From positions 124,001-188,000 of the forward strand of contig CDMY01000947.1 in NCBI GenBank assembly GCA_001179505.1: DNA of 64,000 nucleotides, in the 5' to 3' direction. Positions within the stretch are counted from its first letter, which is position 1. Each line of letters starts with the position of its first letter. Origin of the DNA: Vitrella brassicaformis CCMP3155. Its lineage: Eukaryota > Protista > Chromerida. Position numbers and translations under genes: made by a program. The notes under the pieces are model-generated. The model did no database searches. It had not been told where the DNA came from and saw only the letters and a list, made by a program, of their open reading frames with translations. Of the stretch, positions 23,990 to 37,060 are shown piece after piece.

Positions 23990-26900
23990 CGACGGCCGAA
24001 AATCGATAGGGGCGGGCTGGGCGGCCGGTGGGAGCGGTCCCCGCCAGTGGGACGCCGCTTGAGTTTGCCCAGGTCACTCGAGTCACGCGATCTGCCCGCC
24101 CGTCTGACCTCCTCCTCCGTGACTTCCTCGCCGCCCATGAACTTGAGCTCGGGGTCGACCTTCATCTCGGGGCGGCGCCGCTCCATCGGCGGGCCGAGAT
24201 CCTCGTCGTCATACATGCCAACACGCTTAGACAACAACTTAATGCGCTTCATACGAGCCAACTGAGAGACCACAAACCCATGCGACACGATGGCCATCGG
24301 TCGCCCGTGTTAGTGCTTTCAGCGTTGTCACGTACCGTGTCTTGTGAGCAGGGGCGTGATTTGGGTCGGTCACCGTCCTCCTGCTCATGGTCACGGCCGC
24401 GGGCACCGCCCTCACCGGCAGCATCATGGTCACCGTCTCGCTGGCGGCCGCGGCTGGTGTGGCGATCCCGCTGCTGGTCGCAGTGGCGGTCCTCCAGGCT
24501 CTCCACAAACGAAGGGGCAGTACGACCTGCACACACAGACACAGACATTGACCAACACACACGGGGCGGAACATTGCAACCACGTCGTCTCCCTGATCTG
24601 TCGCCATTGGCTTGACGTGGAGCAGCGCCCCTTTCCGTCTCCTCATGCTCATCTCCCTGGTCCTCCGGGCTGGGTGGCCGGTGGCCACAGTCCCCGCCAG
24701 TGGGACGCCGCTTGAGTTTGCCCCCGTTAAGACGACCGATGCCCAGGTCACTCGAGTCACGCGATCTGTCCGCCTCGCCCGGCGTGAGGTCAACGCCCCT
24801 CCCGACGTTCCTCTCCATCGCTGCGGCCGCCTCTGGGGGTGAGAAGAGGGTGCCTCCTTCCTTGAGTGAGCCTGACTGCTCTGGCGGCCCTCTGGCTGGT
24901 GTACGATAGTGGGAGGGGGCTTCGGACTGTGGCGGGACTGAGAAGGGCTGGCCGTACTCGTCCGCCAGGTGCGGCTCCTCGCCGATGCCGTTGATCTGCG
25001 GATACGCAAAGGCCGCCGGCGCTGTGCCGGCACGACGGTCGCGAGCTGACAAAGAGGAAACGACAAACAGATGCGCGAGTGTCTGTGTCCTCTGAGTGAG
25101 TGGTGCTGTGTCCGTTCTCACCTCCTGGGTCGGGTGACTGGTTGCTGACACTCGACAGGTCGATGTCGTGCCGCATCTGGTCCTCCACCGTTCTGCCGAC
25201 ACCGATGCGACCACCGGACATGTCACCGCCAGCCGCATGGGGGCCGGGCTTGATGTTGCACCGCCCGGGTGGCCCAGGCAGCTGCACACGACGGGTGTCA
25301 TTACTTCGCTCTCGCTGCAGCTGCAGGAAAGATTGGAACGAAGCACGGGGTGGACGGATAGCTCGCCGTGACGTTAAGGGAGGCGCCTGAGGCTCGTCCG
25401 GAAGAGACCTCCTCTGCTGCGCGTCTGGAAACGGAGCTGGTGGGACAACGCCGCCCCTTCTGTGGGTCTCCAGTGTGAGCCTGGGTGACGGCAGCTCTTC
25501 CACAGATGGACGTGACAGTGGGGGAGGGGAGAACGGCCGGCCCAATTCGATGGAGGGGCTCCTCTGTCCTTGACCATGTGCTGCAAGAGGGGACGGTGGT
25601 GCGAGTGGCTTGAGGGCAGGCAGGGGTCGGGATGACGACGGACGGGCGTGGGGCGACGTGAGCCTCTCGAGGGACGACTGCAGCTGCTCCACCTCGCGAG
25701 TCTTGGCCTTTAGGGCCTCCTCCAGCTCCCTCACGTGACGGCGGTCGGCCTTGAGGGCCGACAGCAGGACGGCCTTGGTCTGAAAGGATCGAGGAAAGGT
25801 GGATGAGACGGGTGAAGCACAACTCACAAGGTGCTGCCATGCACACAGATTAAATGGATACGGACGTACCTGTAGGTTGGCTTGGTTCTTGTCTTCGAGC
25901 TCGCTGAGGGCATTTCGGAAGCCCCGCTGCTGGTGCCATATGCTGGCCAGCGCATCCTGCACACAGCGCAGCCGACGACACGCTTTGCTCCTGTCTGTGT
26001 GTGTGCGTTGTCCCCGCTTGTGTGTCTGACCTCCCACCCACCTGAGCCTTCGTCCTGATGGCGTGCTCCCTATCAAAGGCCATCTGGAGCCGATCCCTCT
26101 CCCTCCGGAGGGCACGGCCACGGAGACGGTCATCTGCACACACACACACACACACGTGTATGTCCGAGTGGCGTGAGTGCGACCCTCCCTCCCTCACCAC
26201 TGTAGTGTATGGAGCATCTGAGCCTGTCGAGATCCATAGGAGGTCCCAGCCCATCATCGCGCAGATACAGGGAGGCCGGACACAGGTGAGTCACTTGGAC
26301 GTGGCGGCTGTGGGAGTAGGTCATGGTCGGTGGGCTCCTTGGGGGAAGGGTGGGTATCTTGCTCATCAAGCAGAGCGCCCTTAGAAGGAGACGGCTGCTC
26401 GCCTAAATGAATGACAGACACGACATCGATCGAAAGGGCCGTGAGATTCGCTTGCATCTCCATATCTTCACACACGGCTTACCGACGGAGACCTCATCCC
26501 GCGGCGACACGGAGTTGGCTGCCAGCCCTCGCTTCTCCCCCCTCTGCCCCTCGCACACACTGACTCCTGTGGGCCGTGGGGTCATCGAGCGATGGCAGGG
26601 ACCATCACTAGAGGGCTTCTCGATCAGCGGCACCGGCACCGGCGGCCGCCTGATGGAAGGAGGAGGCGACTGCTCCTCTTCGCTGCCCTCGCCCTCCCTC
26701 CCGTCCTCTCTCAGAGCCCCTCTCGGCAGCCGCGGAGGTGTGCTGGCCTCCTGCACAACATCGGGTAGGGTCTTCCTGCCAGGGTGCCTTAGCGGACGGG
26801 GGGGCGCCTTGACGGCTGCTGGGGGCCTCTGGATCATGGCGTATGGCGGTTGCGTGAAGGGGTGGTGGGCCATAAAGGATCTGGCGAGTGTGAGGAGGGA

Positions 26901-29900
26901 TGCGTTGCGCCGGCGGTACTTGGCGTGTCGGAAGTAGCGCTGTATGGTCTCGGCCGCAATGGTGCGCAGCTCGTGAGCCATCAGCTGACACAGAGAGACC
27001 ACAAGTACACCCACAGCCAAGCCAAGAGCCACTCTTCCCTTGTTTACCTGCTGTTGCTTCAGTATCGCCTCGATGTCCTCCTCCTCATCAGCTTGTCCCT
27101 CTGTTGGTGCGTCAGCGCCGCTGTCCCCGCTGTCCAGCCCCGTGTCTCCTTTGTCCTTCTCCTCTGCCAGGCCGCCCACATGAAGAGCGTCTGCATTCTC
27201 ACTGCTCCCTGCTGCCAGCGGCGCCACCATGGCCTCTGTGGGGCTATGTCGGCAGGGGGATGCACTCATCCTCGACACTGCACAACACAAGGTACCATAA
27301 ATTAATCAACACCAGTGCGTATTTGCTCCTCGAGCAGTCACCACCCACACGTACCTGACCAGTCCAATTCCGTCCCGGAGTCCCCACCCGAGTCCACACA
27401 CGACACAGCAGCACCAGCAGCACCAGGATCAACAGCAGCAGGCGGGGCAGCTGGAGAGGGAGCCCGTCCAACAAGCCTTCCCTCTCCCTCGGCAGGCCCG
27501 GGCAGCTGCACACGAGGCGCATCATTACTTCGCTCTCGCTGCAGCTGCAGGAAAGATTGGAACGAAGCACGGGGTGGACGGATGGCTCGCCGTGATGTTA
27601 AGGGAGGCGCCTGAGGCTCGTCCGGAAGAGACCTCCTCTGCTGCGCGTCACGGAGGGGGGCTGGTGGGACAACGCCGCCCCTTCTGTGGCTCTCTAGTGT
27701 GAGCCTGGGTGACGGCAGCTCTTCCAGAGATGGACGTGACAGTGGGGGAGGGGAAGATGGCCGGCCCATGGCCATGGAGGGGCTCCTCTCTCCCTCTCCT
27801 TCTCCCTCTGGATGCGCGGCCTCGTGCTCTCGCTCATGTGCTGCAAGAGGGGACGGTGGTGCGAGTGGCTCGGGGGGAGCCAGGGCACGGGGTGATGATG
27901 GACGGCTGGCGGGCGACGTGAGCCTCTCGAGGGACGACTGCTGCTCCACCTTGCCACCGAGGGACTCGTCCTCGCCCCAGAAGTCGCCCCAGCCGTCATC
28001 AACATCCTCATGATGCATCAGTGGCGGCGTGGGTGCGACTCCCTCCATCCATCCCTGGCCATTATTGTGTATGCTGCTGCTGCTGCTGCTTCTGCTGGTG
28101 CTGGTACTCGACGGGCGTGTGAGGGGGCTGAGTAGGAGTGCCCAGTGTGGGCGAACCCGATGGCGAGGCGTCTTAGGGGTGGGCAGACGCGACCAGTGGG
28201 GGGTCAGTGGGGGTGTCGACAGTGGCGTCGACGGGGACGACGTCCACCCCCTCGGCATTGGGCTCAGCGGGTAGTCCCTCTCGGGCGACAGGGGCCGAGG
28301 GAGCCCTCGACGGAGCCCGACCACGTGCAGCAATCCCCAACCCGGTGGTCTGAGCCGGCTGGGCCGCGAGCGGGGCGACCCCACGAGGGAAGGCGGCAAC
28401 GGCAGCAGCTCTCCCTGTTGGTGGTGGTGCTGCTCCTGCGGCGCCCCAGCTGGCCCATCCTCGTCGTCGGCCCCGAAGTTCCCCCAGCCGTCATCATCCT
28501 CTTCATGCTGCACCGGTGGCGGCGAGGGTGCCTCCTCCCGGAGTCGTCTCGCGAGTTCCCGGTCGATGTACTGGCTGAGCTCCCGTTGCCGCGCCTCCTC
28601 GTCTGCCTCTCTGTTGGCCTGTCTGACCTCCTCCTCGGTGACTTCATCGCCGCCCATGAACTTGAGTTCGGGGTCGACCTTCATCTCGGGGCGGCGCCGC
28701 TCGATCGGCGCGCCGAGGCCCTCGTTGTCATACTTGCCAGCATGCTTCGACAACAACTTGATGCGCTCCATACGAGCCAACTGAGAGACCACAAACCCAT
28801 GCGACACGATGGATCGGTCGCCGGTGTTGGTGCTTTCAGTTTGCCAGCGTTGTCACGTACCGTATCTTGTGAGCAGGGGTGTGATTTGGGTCGGTCATCG
28901 TCCTCTTCCTCCTGCGCCCGGTCGCGGTCGCGGGCACCGCCCTCACCGCCACCGTCATGGTCACGGTCTCGGTGGCGGCCGCGGCTGGTGTGGCGATCCC
29001 GCTGCTGGTCGCGGTCCTCCAGGCTCCGCACAAACGTGGGGGCGATACGACCTGCACACACAGAACACACACACACACACAGAGAGGGATGAACATTGCA
29101 ACCACGTCGTCTGCCTGATCTCTCGCCATTGGCTTACGTGGAGCAGCGCCCCTTTCCGTCTCCTCATGCTCATCTCCCTGGTCCTCCGGGCTGGGCGGCC
29201 GGTGGGAGCGGTCCCCGCCAGTGGGACGCCGCTTGAGCTTGCCCCCGTCCAGACGACCGATGCCCAGGTCACTCGAGTCACGCGATTTGCCCTCTGGTGA
29301 GCTGGTGCGGTCAGCAGGGTGGGTCGTGTGGGGGCGGGGAGGGCTGTGGTCGTCCCTCGGGACCTCACTGGATGGTGCAGCTGCAGCAGGGTGTGGCTGA
29401 GGGTCGCCACGGCGGAATAGCTGACGACACAAATACATGGGAGCGTGCAGAGAGTGAGTGAAGGTGTGTGCTGTTGGTGTGCCTAGTGTGCTCTCGGTCG
29501 GTTGCCTACCGGTGATGGTTTGTGCATGGGCTCCCTCATGAAGGCGTTGTTCCGAGGCCGCATGTCGACATCCCTCCCAGCACCCTCACCCCCACGGCCC
29601 TGCTCCCGTTCCTCATCGACATCCATCGGCTGCCGCGCACCATCGCCGTCTCCCTGCCCACCCCGTTGCCGCATTCTGTCCCTCGTGCAATGGTCCTGGG
29701 AGTCGCGCGTCAAGGGATGCCGCATGCCGGCTCCCATATCAATGCCGGTGGCGTGGCCCTCGCCGCTGACACGGATGCCACGGCCGTGCTCACGATGACG
29801 GACATGCTCATCTAGCTGGGGCGCCGAGGGGTCTTCAGCAACAGCAGGGGACTGCCTGGACGAGGAGGGCAGCCCCTGCCCCCCCCCTGCCGACATGGCG

Positions 29901-31196
29901 TCCGCCTCGGCTGGTGTGAGGCCAGCGCCCCGCCCGACGCTCCTCTCCGTCGCTGCGGCCGCCTCTGGGGGTGAGAAGAGGGTGCCTCCTTCCTTGATTG
30001 GGCCTGCCTGCTCTGGGGGCCCTCTGCGATAGTGGGAGGGGGCCTCGGACTGTGGCGAGGGTGAGAAGGGCTGGCCGTACTCGTCAGCCAGGTGCGGCTC
30101 GTCACCCACCCTCAGCCAGGCCTTGGGGTCCTTTAGGACCTTGATGTCCTTCTCATACTGCTTTCGCAGCCTTTCACCCTTCACATACCTGACGATATTT
30201 CAAGATACACACACACACAGGGGACACACACGGACGTCAATACGTATCCCGCAGCCCTATATTATCTCGCTAACTTTTCTTTGAGCATCTCGTATCCCTT
30301 CTTGAGTGTCTCCATCGCTTCCGCCATAGCCGTGGCGTCGTGTACCGCCGCATCGTGACCGATCTCGTCCAGACGGTCAGCCGCTGGGGGCAGGTGCCGG
30401 GGGGCGGGAGGAGGGGGCGACACGGACGACAAACCGATGATATCAACTGGTAAAGATGCGCGAGTGTCTGTGTCCTCTGTGTGAGTGAGTGGTGCTGTGT
30501 CCGGCCTCACCTCCTGGGTCGGGTGACTGGTTGCCGGCACTAGACAGGTCGATGTCGTGCCGCATCTGGTCCTCCACCGCTCTGTCGACACCGATGCGAC
30601 CACCGGACATCTCACTGCCAGCCGCATGGGGGCCAGGGAGACCCAGCGAGTCGTCGAGGAACGCGCCGGCGGGGTCCTAACCGAACACACACATAGACAC
30701 ACACACCATCATCACAAGGGGAATGCCTGCCGCATACGTGACGGATGCGTATGTGTGTGGGTACCCACCTGGTCCTCAGTGTCGAGAGGTGCTGGTGGTT
30801 CCTCGTGCGGTCTGGGTGGGCTGTGGCCCTGCAGCATCTGCTCAACATCACCGGGGGAGGGAGGCGCTGCCGCATACCTGACCACACAACACGCATACCG
30901 CACACACACAGTGAGTCGGGGCATCCATTGCGGGTCACACAGTGAGCTCTGTGCAGAGGTCTTTCAACTCTGTCTTGCCTTCCTGGAGGCCCTTTCTGAG
31001 TGCATGCGTGTGCGGCAGGGGGGTGGATGTGCGAACTCACTTACCGCGACGGCATGCCGCACATATACCAGTCCCCATCTAAGCAAGAAAATGCCGGATG
31101 GCGGGACGACGGCGGCGCGTCGGCGTCGTCTATGGCCCTCACACGGGCGCGACGTCTGCGCTTCTTTTTGATCATCCACCGCAAGGTGGCCCGCAT
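23990..31196 (-). CDS. Large low-complexity (P/S/R/E-rich) protein with IQ-like motif, coiled coil and internally duplicated modules; probably one gene; 3' end uncertain
   Basis: Start MRATLRWMIKKKRRRR (ATG 31196). A GT donor after GACTGGTCAG (~27354) joins in phase to VSRMSASPCRH (~27264), linking the two halves. IQ-like AAETIQRYFRHAKYRR at ~26960-26915. Coiled coil RHVRELEEALKAKTREVEQLQ. No homolog recognised. Confidence 0.62.
24028..25693. repeat. Left copy of internal segmental duplication (modules F-A-B-C-D-E-C' in gene order, including introns)
   Basis: High-identity matches to 27501-30640, for example SHGFVVSQLARM(K/E)RIKLLSK, EPHLADEYGQPFS and RRSLPDEPQAPPLTSRRAIRPPRASFQSFLQLQRERSND. 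The intron sequence ggacacagcaccactcactca..gaggacacagacactcgcgcatct is also shared. Confidence 0.92.
27501..30640. repeat. Right copy of internal segmental duplication (modules A-B-C-D-E-F with unique inserts)
   Basis: Approximate module pairs: F 27501-27950/25277-25693; E 28620-28810/24105-24300; D 28810-29060/24300-24530; C 29120-29290/24600-24770; B 29905-30105/24800-24985; A 30455-30640/25070-25250. Confidence 0.9.
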
Positions 31197-31230
31197 TTCT
31201 TTTGCTCTCCCTCTCTCGAACAAACAACTC

Positions 31231-31336
31231 CTTTTGCGAGTTTGGAAGCTCGCAAAAGCTTCCAGGGTGCTTTATGAAACCGCTGCTGCTTCTGCGTGAG
31301 GATCATTGAGGTGATCCCCGGTTGGTTGATCCTCAC
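31231..31336. promoter_or_regulatory. Divergent-promoter region with two perfect 10-bp inverted repeats
   Basis: CTTTTGCGAG(31231-40)/CTCGCAAAAG(31249-58) and GTGAGGATCA(31296-305)/TGATCCTCAC(31327-36), lying between the ATGs at 31196 (-) and 31404 (+). The regulatory role is inferred from position only. Confidence 0.5.
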
Positions 31337-31403
31337 AACTTCATCAGAGGTGCTGGTTTATCGGCATCTGCAGATCTCAGTGCTGCCCTGGGTCACTTGC
31401 AAG

Positions 31404-33748
31404 ATGCCGGGTACCGGTGCGGTCGCGGCAGCAGCAGCAGGTGGTGGTGGCGGGAGGACCTGGCGCCCGTCGGCATTAGATGAGGACAACGACGTCCGCA
31501 CCTGGCTGCAGATGGGCAAGGAGCAGATGGAGATCATCCAGGACGCACTCAACCAGACGCTGGCCGACATCGAGCAGCGTGAGCAGGCCCTGGGAGGCCG
31601 CGCAGGAGAGATTGTGCCCACGGTAAGGCGCCAAATGGATGAGGGATGTCTGCAATGGGAGCTGATCTGTGTGTGTGGATGGTGCAGGTGCAGCTGATGC
31701 GTCAGGAGCTGCACTTCAACGTCTGCGGCGTCTACATGAAGGCGCGCCGTTCGACTCTTTGTGTGCTGAAAGGTAGCGTGTTGGCCACTCTGTGTGGGGG
31801 GCGGTTTGACGAGGCGCTGATCAAGGATGCTAACGAGCGCTATTTCCTGCCGTTTTGTTCTGTGGCCTTCCAGTGGTCAGCCCGGCCGCAGTCAGTCAGG
31901 ACAGGGCCACTGTCCACCGTCTGTGTGGGTTTCCTTCAGGCTCATCGGCGAGTTGGCCTTGTATGAGGTTGGGGATGTGGACGACATCACGCTGCCCGAC
32001 ACCAAAAAGAATGACGCCACATTCAGGTGCGTACACATCGACACAATGGGGAGGAGACGAATGGCATTGCCGCACTGTGGTCTCCATCCATCTGTGTGTG
32101 TGTGTGTGGTGTGGGTGCAGCTACTGGGTGGAGTACCTGACGGCCAATCCCTCCAAAGGAGACAGCACCATGCGCATCAACATCCCGCCCGTCACACAGG
32201 ACAACCCGCCCCAGCAGCAGGACGGGCAGCCCGAGGGTGAGAATGAGCAGCCAGAGGTCGATCCAGTATCTGTGGCGGCCCAGCTGCCCGAGATCATCCG
32301 CAAGGCGATGGCGGAGAAGGCCTGCGAGCACCAGAGGCTCACCGCCATCAAGCCACTACTCAAATCGGGCAATAACGAGGACGATGCGGTAAATCAACCA
32401 CGACGGACGGGAGAGAGAGAAAGCTCGTTTGCCGATGGATGGGCGACTCCGTGTGTCTGTGGTGTGTGTTCAGTTGGTGTCGATTGACGTGTTTGGTACG
32501 ACAGTGACCATCACCATGGCCGTGGCCAAATCGCTCGGCGAGGACTCAACCTTGGCAAACAGATTCATCAAGTACACAATGACAACCCAATGGCCAGACC
32601 ACACACAGCCATCCCTGCCACGTGTGTGTGTCAAGTACGACCCCTCTGTGATGACGGTGCCGGTGGACTACGTGCGGCGCGTCGCCGACATCGTCACGCG
32701 GGCGTACGTCAGGGGCACGGACATCACGGCCGAGGACGTGCAGAGCTCCCGGGGCGACACCAATGACAAGGCCTTCCGGAATGCGCTGAACATGTGAGCA
32801 ACGCCACAAACAGAGAGACTGCCGTGCATCACGAGGCCTCCTCGCCTGGCTGCAGGTACGCTTTGGCTGCTGATCGCTATTTGGGTCCCATTGACGGCCT
32901 CCTGACCACCGAGCACCTGCACAAGATGCGGCAGTGGTGTGAGGGCTGGAACTACCCTGACGCCCCCGCACACATCCCTTTGTGTGTGGGCGAGCCGGTC
33001 ACCCGCATATACAGGTGAGAAGGGAAGGACAGACAGCCGTGAGGATGACGGCATCCTCTCATCATGCCTCTGTGTCTTGATGTGTGTGTGTGTGTCGTGG
33101 CAGGGCGACTGTGGATGGCTGGAGGTGGTTGGATTTCTTCGATGCCGTCAGGGGCCACTCCCCCCTGCTGCTCATCTGCAAGGTGGCCGACAGCAATGAG
33201 CTCTTCGCCGTCCTCATCGAGGGGCCCATCGAGGTCACCGGACCGGCGCAGAGCCACCGCGACACGAGATCATGGGCCTTCAAGCTGCGGTGGACAGACA
33301 GCCAACCACATGTGGGCTACATCGGCTGGAACAGCAACATGTTAATTGCGGGCACACAGGTGGGTGCCCATCTGAATGAGCCAGGGAGTCATGGTGATGG
33401 TATCCTCTCCATCCATGTGTGTAGGAGAGAGCCACCGAGGTCATCGATTTCACTTCACCCGCCTCCGATGTGACGGCCGTCCTCGGATCCGGATGCCTCG
33501 ATTTCAGTGTCCGTCTGGCCGCCCAGCAGATCCAGATCGGCGCACCAGCAGCGGCCAGCGATGAGACACTCAAGCGGTGCCAGGGAGTCATGGTTGAGGA
33601 GGAGCAGACGGATGAGTGGCGACAGTGGGAGCGGCCGGGTGTGAGGCCCAGCGACCACGGCTGGGACGGTGACCGAGTGTTCCTGCCTGTGTCTGTGAAG
33701 GGGTTTCACTTTGATATTGATGAGTTCGAGGCATACAAGCTGGCGTGA
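31404..33748 (+). CDS. BTB/POZ + TLDc-like protein, paralog 2
   Basis: QELHFNVCGVYMKARRSTLCVLKGSVLATLCGGRFDEALIKD; YWVEYL; ATVDGWRWLDFFDAVRGHSPLLLICK; FHFDIDEFEAYKLA*. Same intron positions as paralogs 1 and 3. Confidence 0.82.
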
Positions 33749-33977
33749 GTGAGGGAGGGTGACGGCGGGCTGGCAAGCGTGACGCATAGATGGAGGCGGG
33801 AGGGGGGAAGGAGAGACTGCAGCCAAATGCTTCATCTGACATTGTACATCTACGCGTGTGTCCACGTCGATGGCTGGACTGACCCGAATGCATTGAGTTC
33901 GTCGCCCGAAGAGTCCATCAATCTGTGCACACGAGGGAATGCACACACATCACGGGATCTCGATTTCGTCTTGCCAG

Positions 33978-36900
33978 CACGACGAGGAGTTTGGCCGCCA
34001 GCAGCGGTTTCGCCACGAGCTGCGAGCTCAACCTCGTGCACTGGGGCTTTCGGACGCGCGGCGGTGCCCAGAGCTGTGGCGCAGACGAGTGGTGCCCGGC
34101 CGCACGCTGACTGACATTGACTCTCTGCACCACGTGACGTAAGCAGATATCAGTGCACACGTGGCAGACACACACACAGACAGACAGGCTGGCAGCAGGC
34201 AGGCCGCTGCGCGATTGATTGATTGGTGGAATGGATGCGGCTGATGCACGTGTGTGGCTGATGCACGCAAGTGCCGACACCCTCACCACTGATGTGTTTT
34301 CACACACGGACGTGTGCCCCATCTGTCTGTCTGCCGTTGCCTGTCTGTCTGCCTTGCTGCCCGCAGATCTCGTCTTGGCGGTTCGTGCGGCTTAGAGCAC
34401 ATCGCCATCGGTGAGGACCGACAGAGGTGAGCGAGTTCACGACTGGTGCATGGATACACATAGTCGTCTTCTCTCATGTGTGCGATGCAGCCCTCTGAAC
34501 GCGCCACAAGGCAACGCGGCTGCGTATAATGCTTTCCGATCATGCAGATCCACACCGGCCGACCATGGTTGCCGGTGCTGTTCAGCGCAGCGTGTCAGTG
34601 GTCACTGTGCGGCGCCGATAGTGACAGATAGCTCCTACGAGATGGCATCTTCTACCCAAGAAGCCAACAGCAATGCGGCACCGGTAAGCACACCACACCA
34701 CAGACCTTCACTCACTTGAAGAGGGGCGGGCAAGGCAACATAAATATCAATCACATGCCATGGTGATCCTGTTCTTCGTGTGTGTCAGGTGTGTCATTTG
34801 CTGACGACGCTCCCCGAGTCATGCTTCAGTGGCCACATTAGCCCCCTTCTCGGCACACAGACCATTATCACCAAGCTGGCGCTCACTGCCCCGTCCCTCA
34901 GTGTCATCTCCCGCAAGCCCGCCATGCACATTACGCTGCGCCTCGGCAAGGACTTCAGCGACAAGATCGACATGACCAAGCAGCAGATCGCCGTGTGGGG
35001 TGCAGCATTCCGCAACACCAAACACGCGACGATGGTGTGTGCCCCCACGACGAGCGTGGTGGAGCTGCTCGAGGATGCCCGCGGCACACTGGAGGAGCTG
35101 CACGCCTGGTCGCACACCACTGGGAGCCTGTATGGGTACGGCCCGCTGAAGGGGCGACGGCAACATGCTATGGGACGTGACGAGCGCATCTTCCCCCGGC
35201 TGCGGTGCGTGTGGGTCGCCGAGTGGTGGCTGTCCGTCGCCAACAAACGGCACTGGGAGCTTCCGTAAGTGGCTGAGTGAGTGCCTCAGTGAGGGATTGG
35301 TCAGTCGGATGTCAGGGATGGATGTGCTCACGTGCATCATGTCAGGGCCCTGATTGACGTGCATCTTCGCGATAGCACCGTTTGTTATCCCATGGCGCAG
35401 ATCTCCGAGATTGAGTACGGAACGTGTTCCGGCGACCATGGCTGGAGGTGCACCGAGTGGCTCTCAGGCGAAGGGCCGCATACCCTGACGCTCGAGACGG
35501 GCACTTCAGAGGGGTGGGAGCTGACCAACCTCTGGGACATGTTGAAGCCATCCATCAAGTGAGGAAGGGGGCAACGAACATGCGTGTGTGCGCGTGTGCG
35601 TGAGGGTCGATGTGGATGTGGATGTACTCTGTGTTGGCTGCGCAGGCGGCTCAAGGGCGTATGTTGTCCGTGTGGTGCCGACGAGCTGCCAACATTCTGC
35701 ATGGACTGGAACATCGCCGATTGTGGGCTGCAGCTGGACGAGCTCCACATGGTCCTCAAAGCCGTCCATCCCACAAGAACGCGCCAGGTGTGTGTGTTAC
35801 ATGAGATGAGATAGCGCAAGGCAAAGAGAAGACCAAGACCCCGCCTGACGTCCTCCGCGTCTGTGTGTGTGTATGTCTGCCACCCGTCAGGTTTTCCACA
35901 AGATCGACAAACTTCTGTCGACCAGTCTGGCGCCCAACGGCACCTTCAACATCACGTGCACACCGGACATGACCTTCAACACGATCGAGCACCTGGAGCT
36001 GCTGCAGGAGCACCCATCGTGGGCTGGCATGCTCACACGATTCGCCTCTGCAGCTCAGTGTGTCGAGTTTCCTTCTGGACTGGCTCAGGGGGAGGCGGTG
36101 CCGACTGTTGTGCTGTATCGGCTGCCTCAGGTAGTCTTTTCGAGTGCTGAGACCCTGTACCTGGGGGCTGGCTCCGAGCCGCCCCCTGCGGCGCTTTTGT
36201 CGCACATATCCGATCGCTCCTTTCCTCATGTGACCACACTCAGTCTGGGGCATGCAGATGGGGTGAGAGAGGACGCAGTCAGGCGGGCCACCGACCTCAG
36301 GTCGCTGCGGGAGGTGCGCTTTGAGATGAGTGGACTACTTGGGATATGGGTGGCGACTGTGCCGTTTTTGTTCCCTCTGTGCCTCGGTGCGTGCAGCCAG
36401 ACAGGTCCCCTGCTGCACGTGCATGCCGACTGCCGGCACACCGCTGTGAGCTTCGACTGTGTGTGGTCGCTGTGGGGGGCCGGGGGCGGGGCAGTGGGTC
36501 AGAAAGGCATCGAGAAGCGAGTCCAGAAGATCACTGTAGAGGTACACGGCGCGAGCCTTGGAGTGTCAGGCATCTTGCCGGTGTGTCTGGAGGCCATCGA
36601 CAAGTGCCCTTTTCTCGACTCCATCGCTCTCCGCCGCTCAACACTCTGCTTCTGCTTCTCTGGCACAGTCGATCGGCTAGGAAGCGACCTTCAGGCAGTC
36701 AAAGGCAGGATGGTGTTGCGTGGCTTCGTAGCTGTGCAGGTCGACCTCGATTCTGACAGTCGGTCCTGTAAGAGTGCCGAGCTGTGTCGCGTGTTTGGCT
36801 GCCTCTTCCCTCGTGGTCTGCGTGAGCACATGTCGCTGGCATCTCTAGAGGGGGTGTGCACGACGTCGCGTCTCTCTCTGGATGACACCGTGTCGCTGCC

Positions 36901-37060
36901 GGAGGCCATTCTGGCCCATTTCGGCCTGCGTTTCCCCCGGTGTGTTTCTCGCCACCTGCACAAGGAGTGGGAGGCGGGCATGACGAAAGAGATACGCTCG
37001 GAGTGGCCTGAGCTCCGCAGCGAAGCTAGGCGCAAGAGAGGCCTGGCTGCCTGTGGGTGA
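33978..37060 (+). CDS. Hypothetical protein with F-box-like N-terminal segment(s) and repetitive leucine-rich body; start uncertain
   Basis: LTTLPESCFSGHISPLLG (F-box-like LP..+...I..+L). Splice-consistent exons continue to the long terminal exon 35891-37060 ending KRGLAACG*. The upstream exons at 33978-34683 are tentative. Confidence 0.55.

Noticed and set aside
28145-29092. Long plus-strand ORFs antisense to the low-complexity gene (also 52618-53515, 56508-56915, 60516-61307)
   Set aside because: Shadow ORFs expected opposite GC-rich coding exons; splice signals and codon bias support the other strand.
24028-30640. CRISPR-like or satellite array
   Set aside because: The repeats are long, coding, irregular and intron-containing, with no constant repeat-spacer period. 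The context is eukaryotic.
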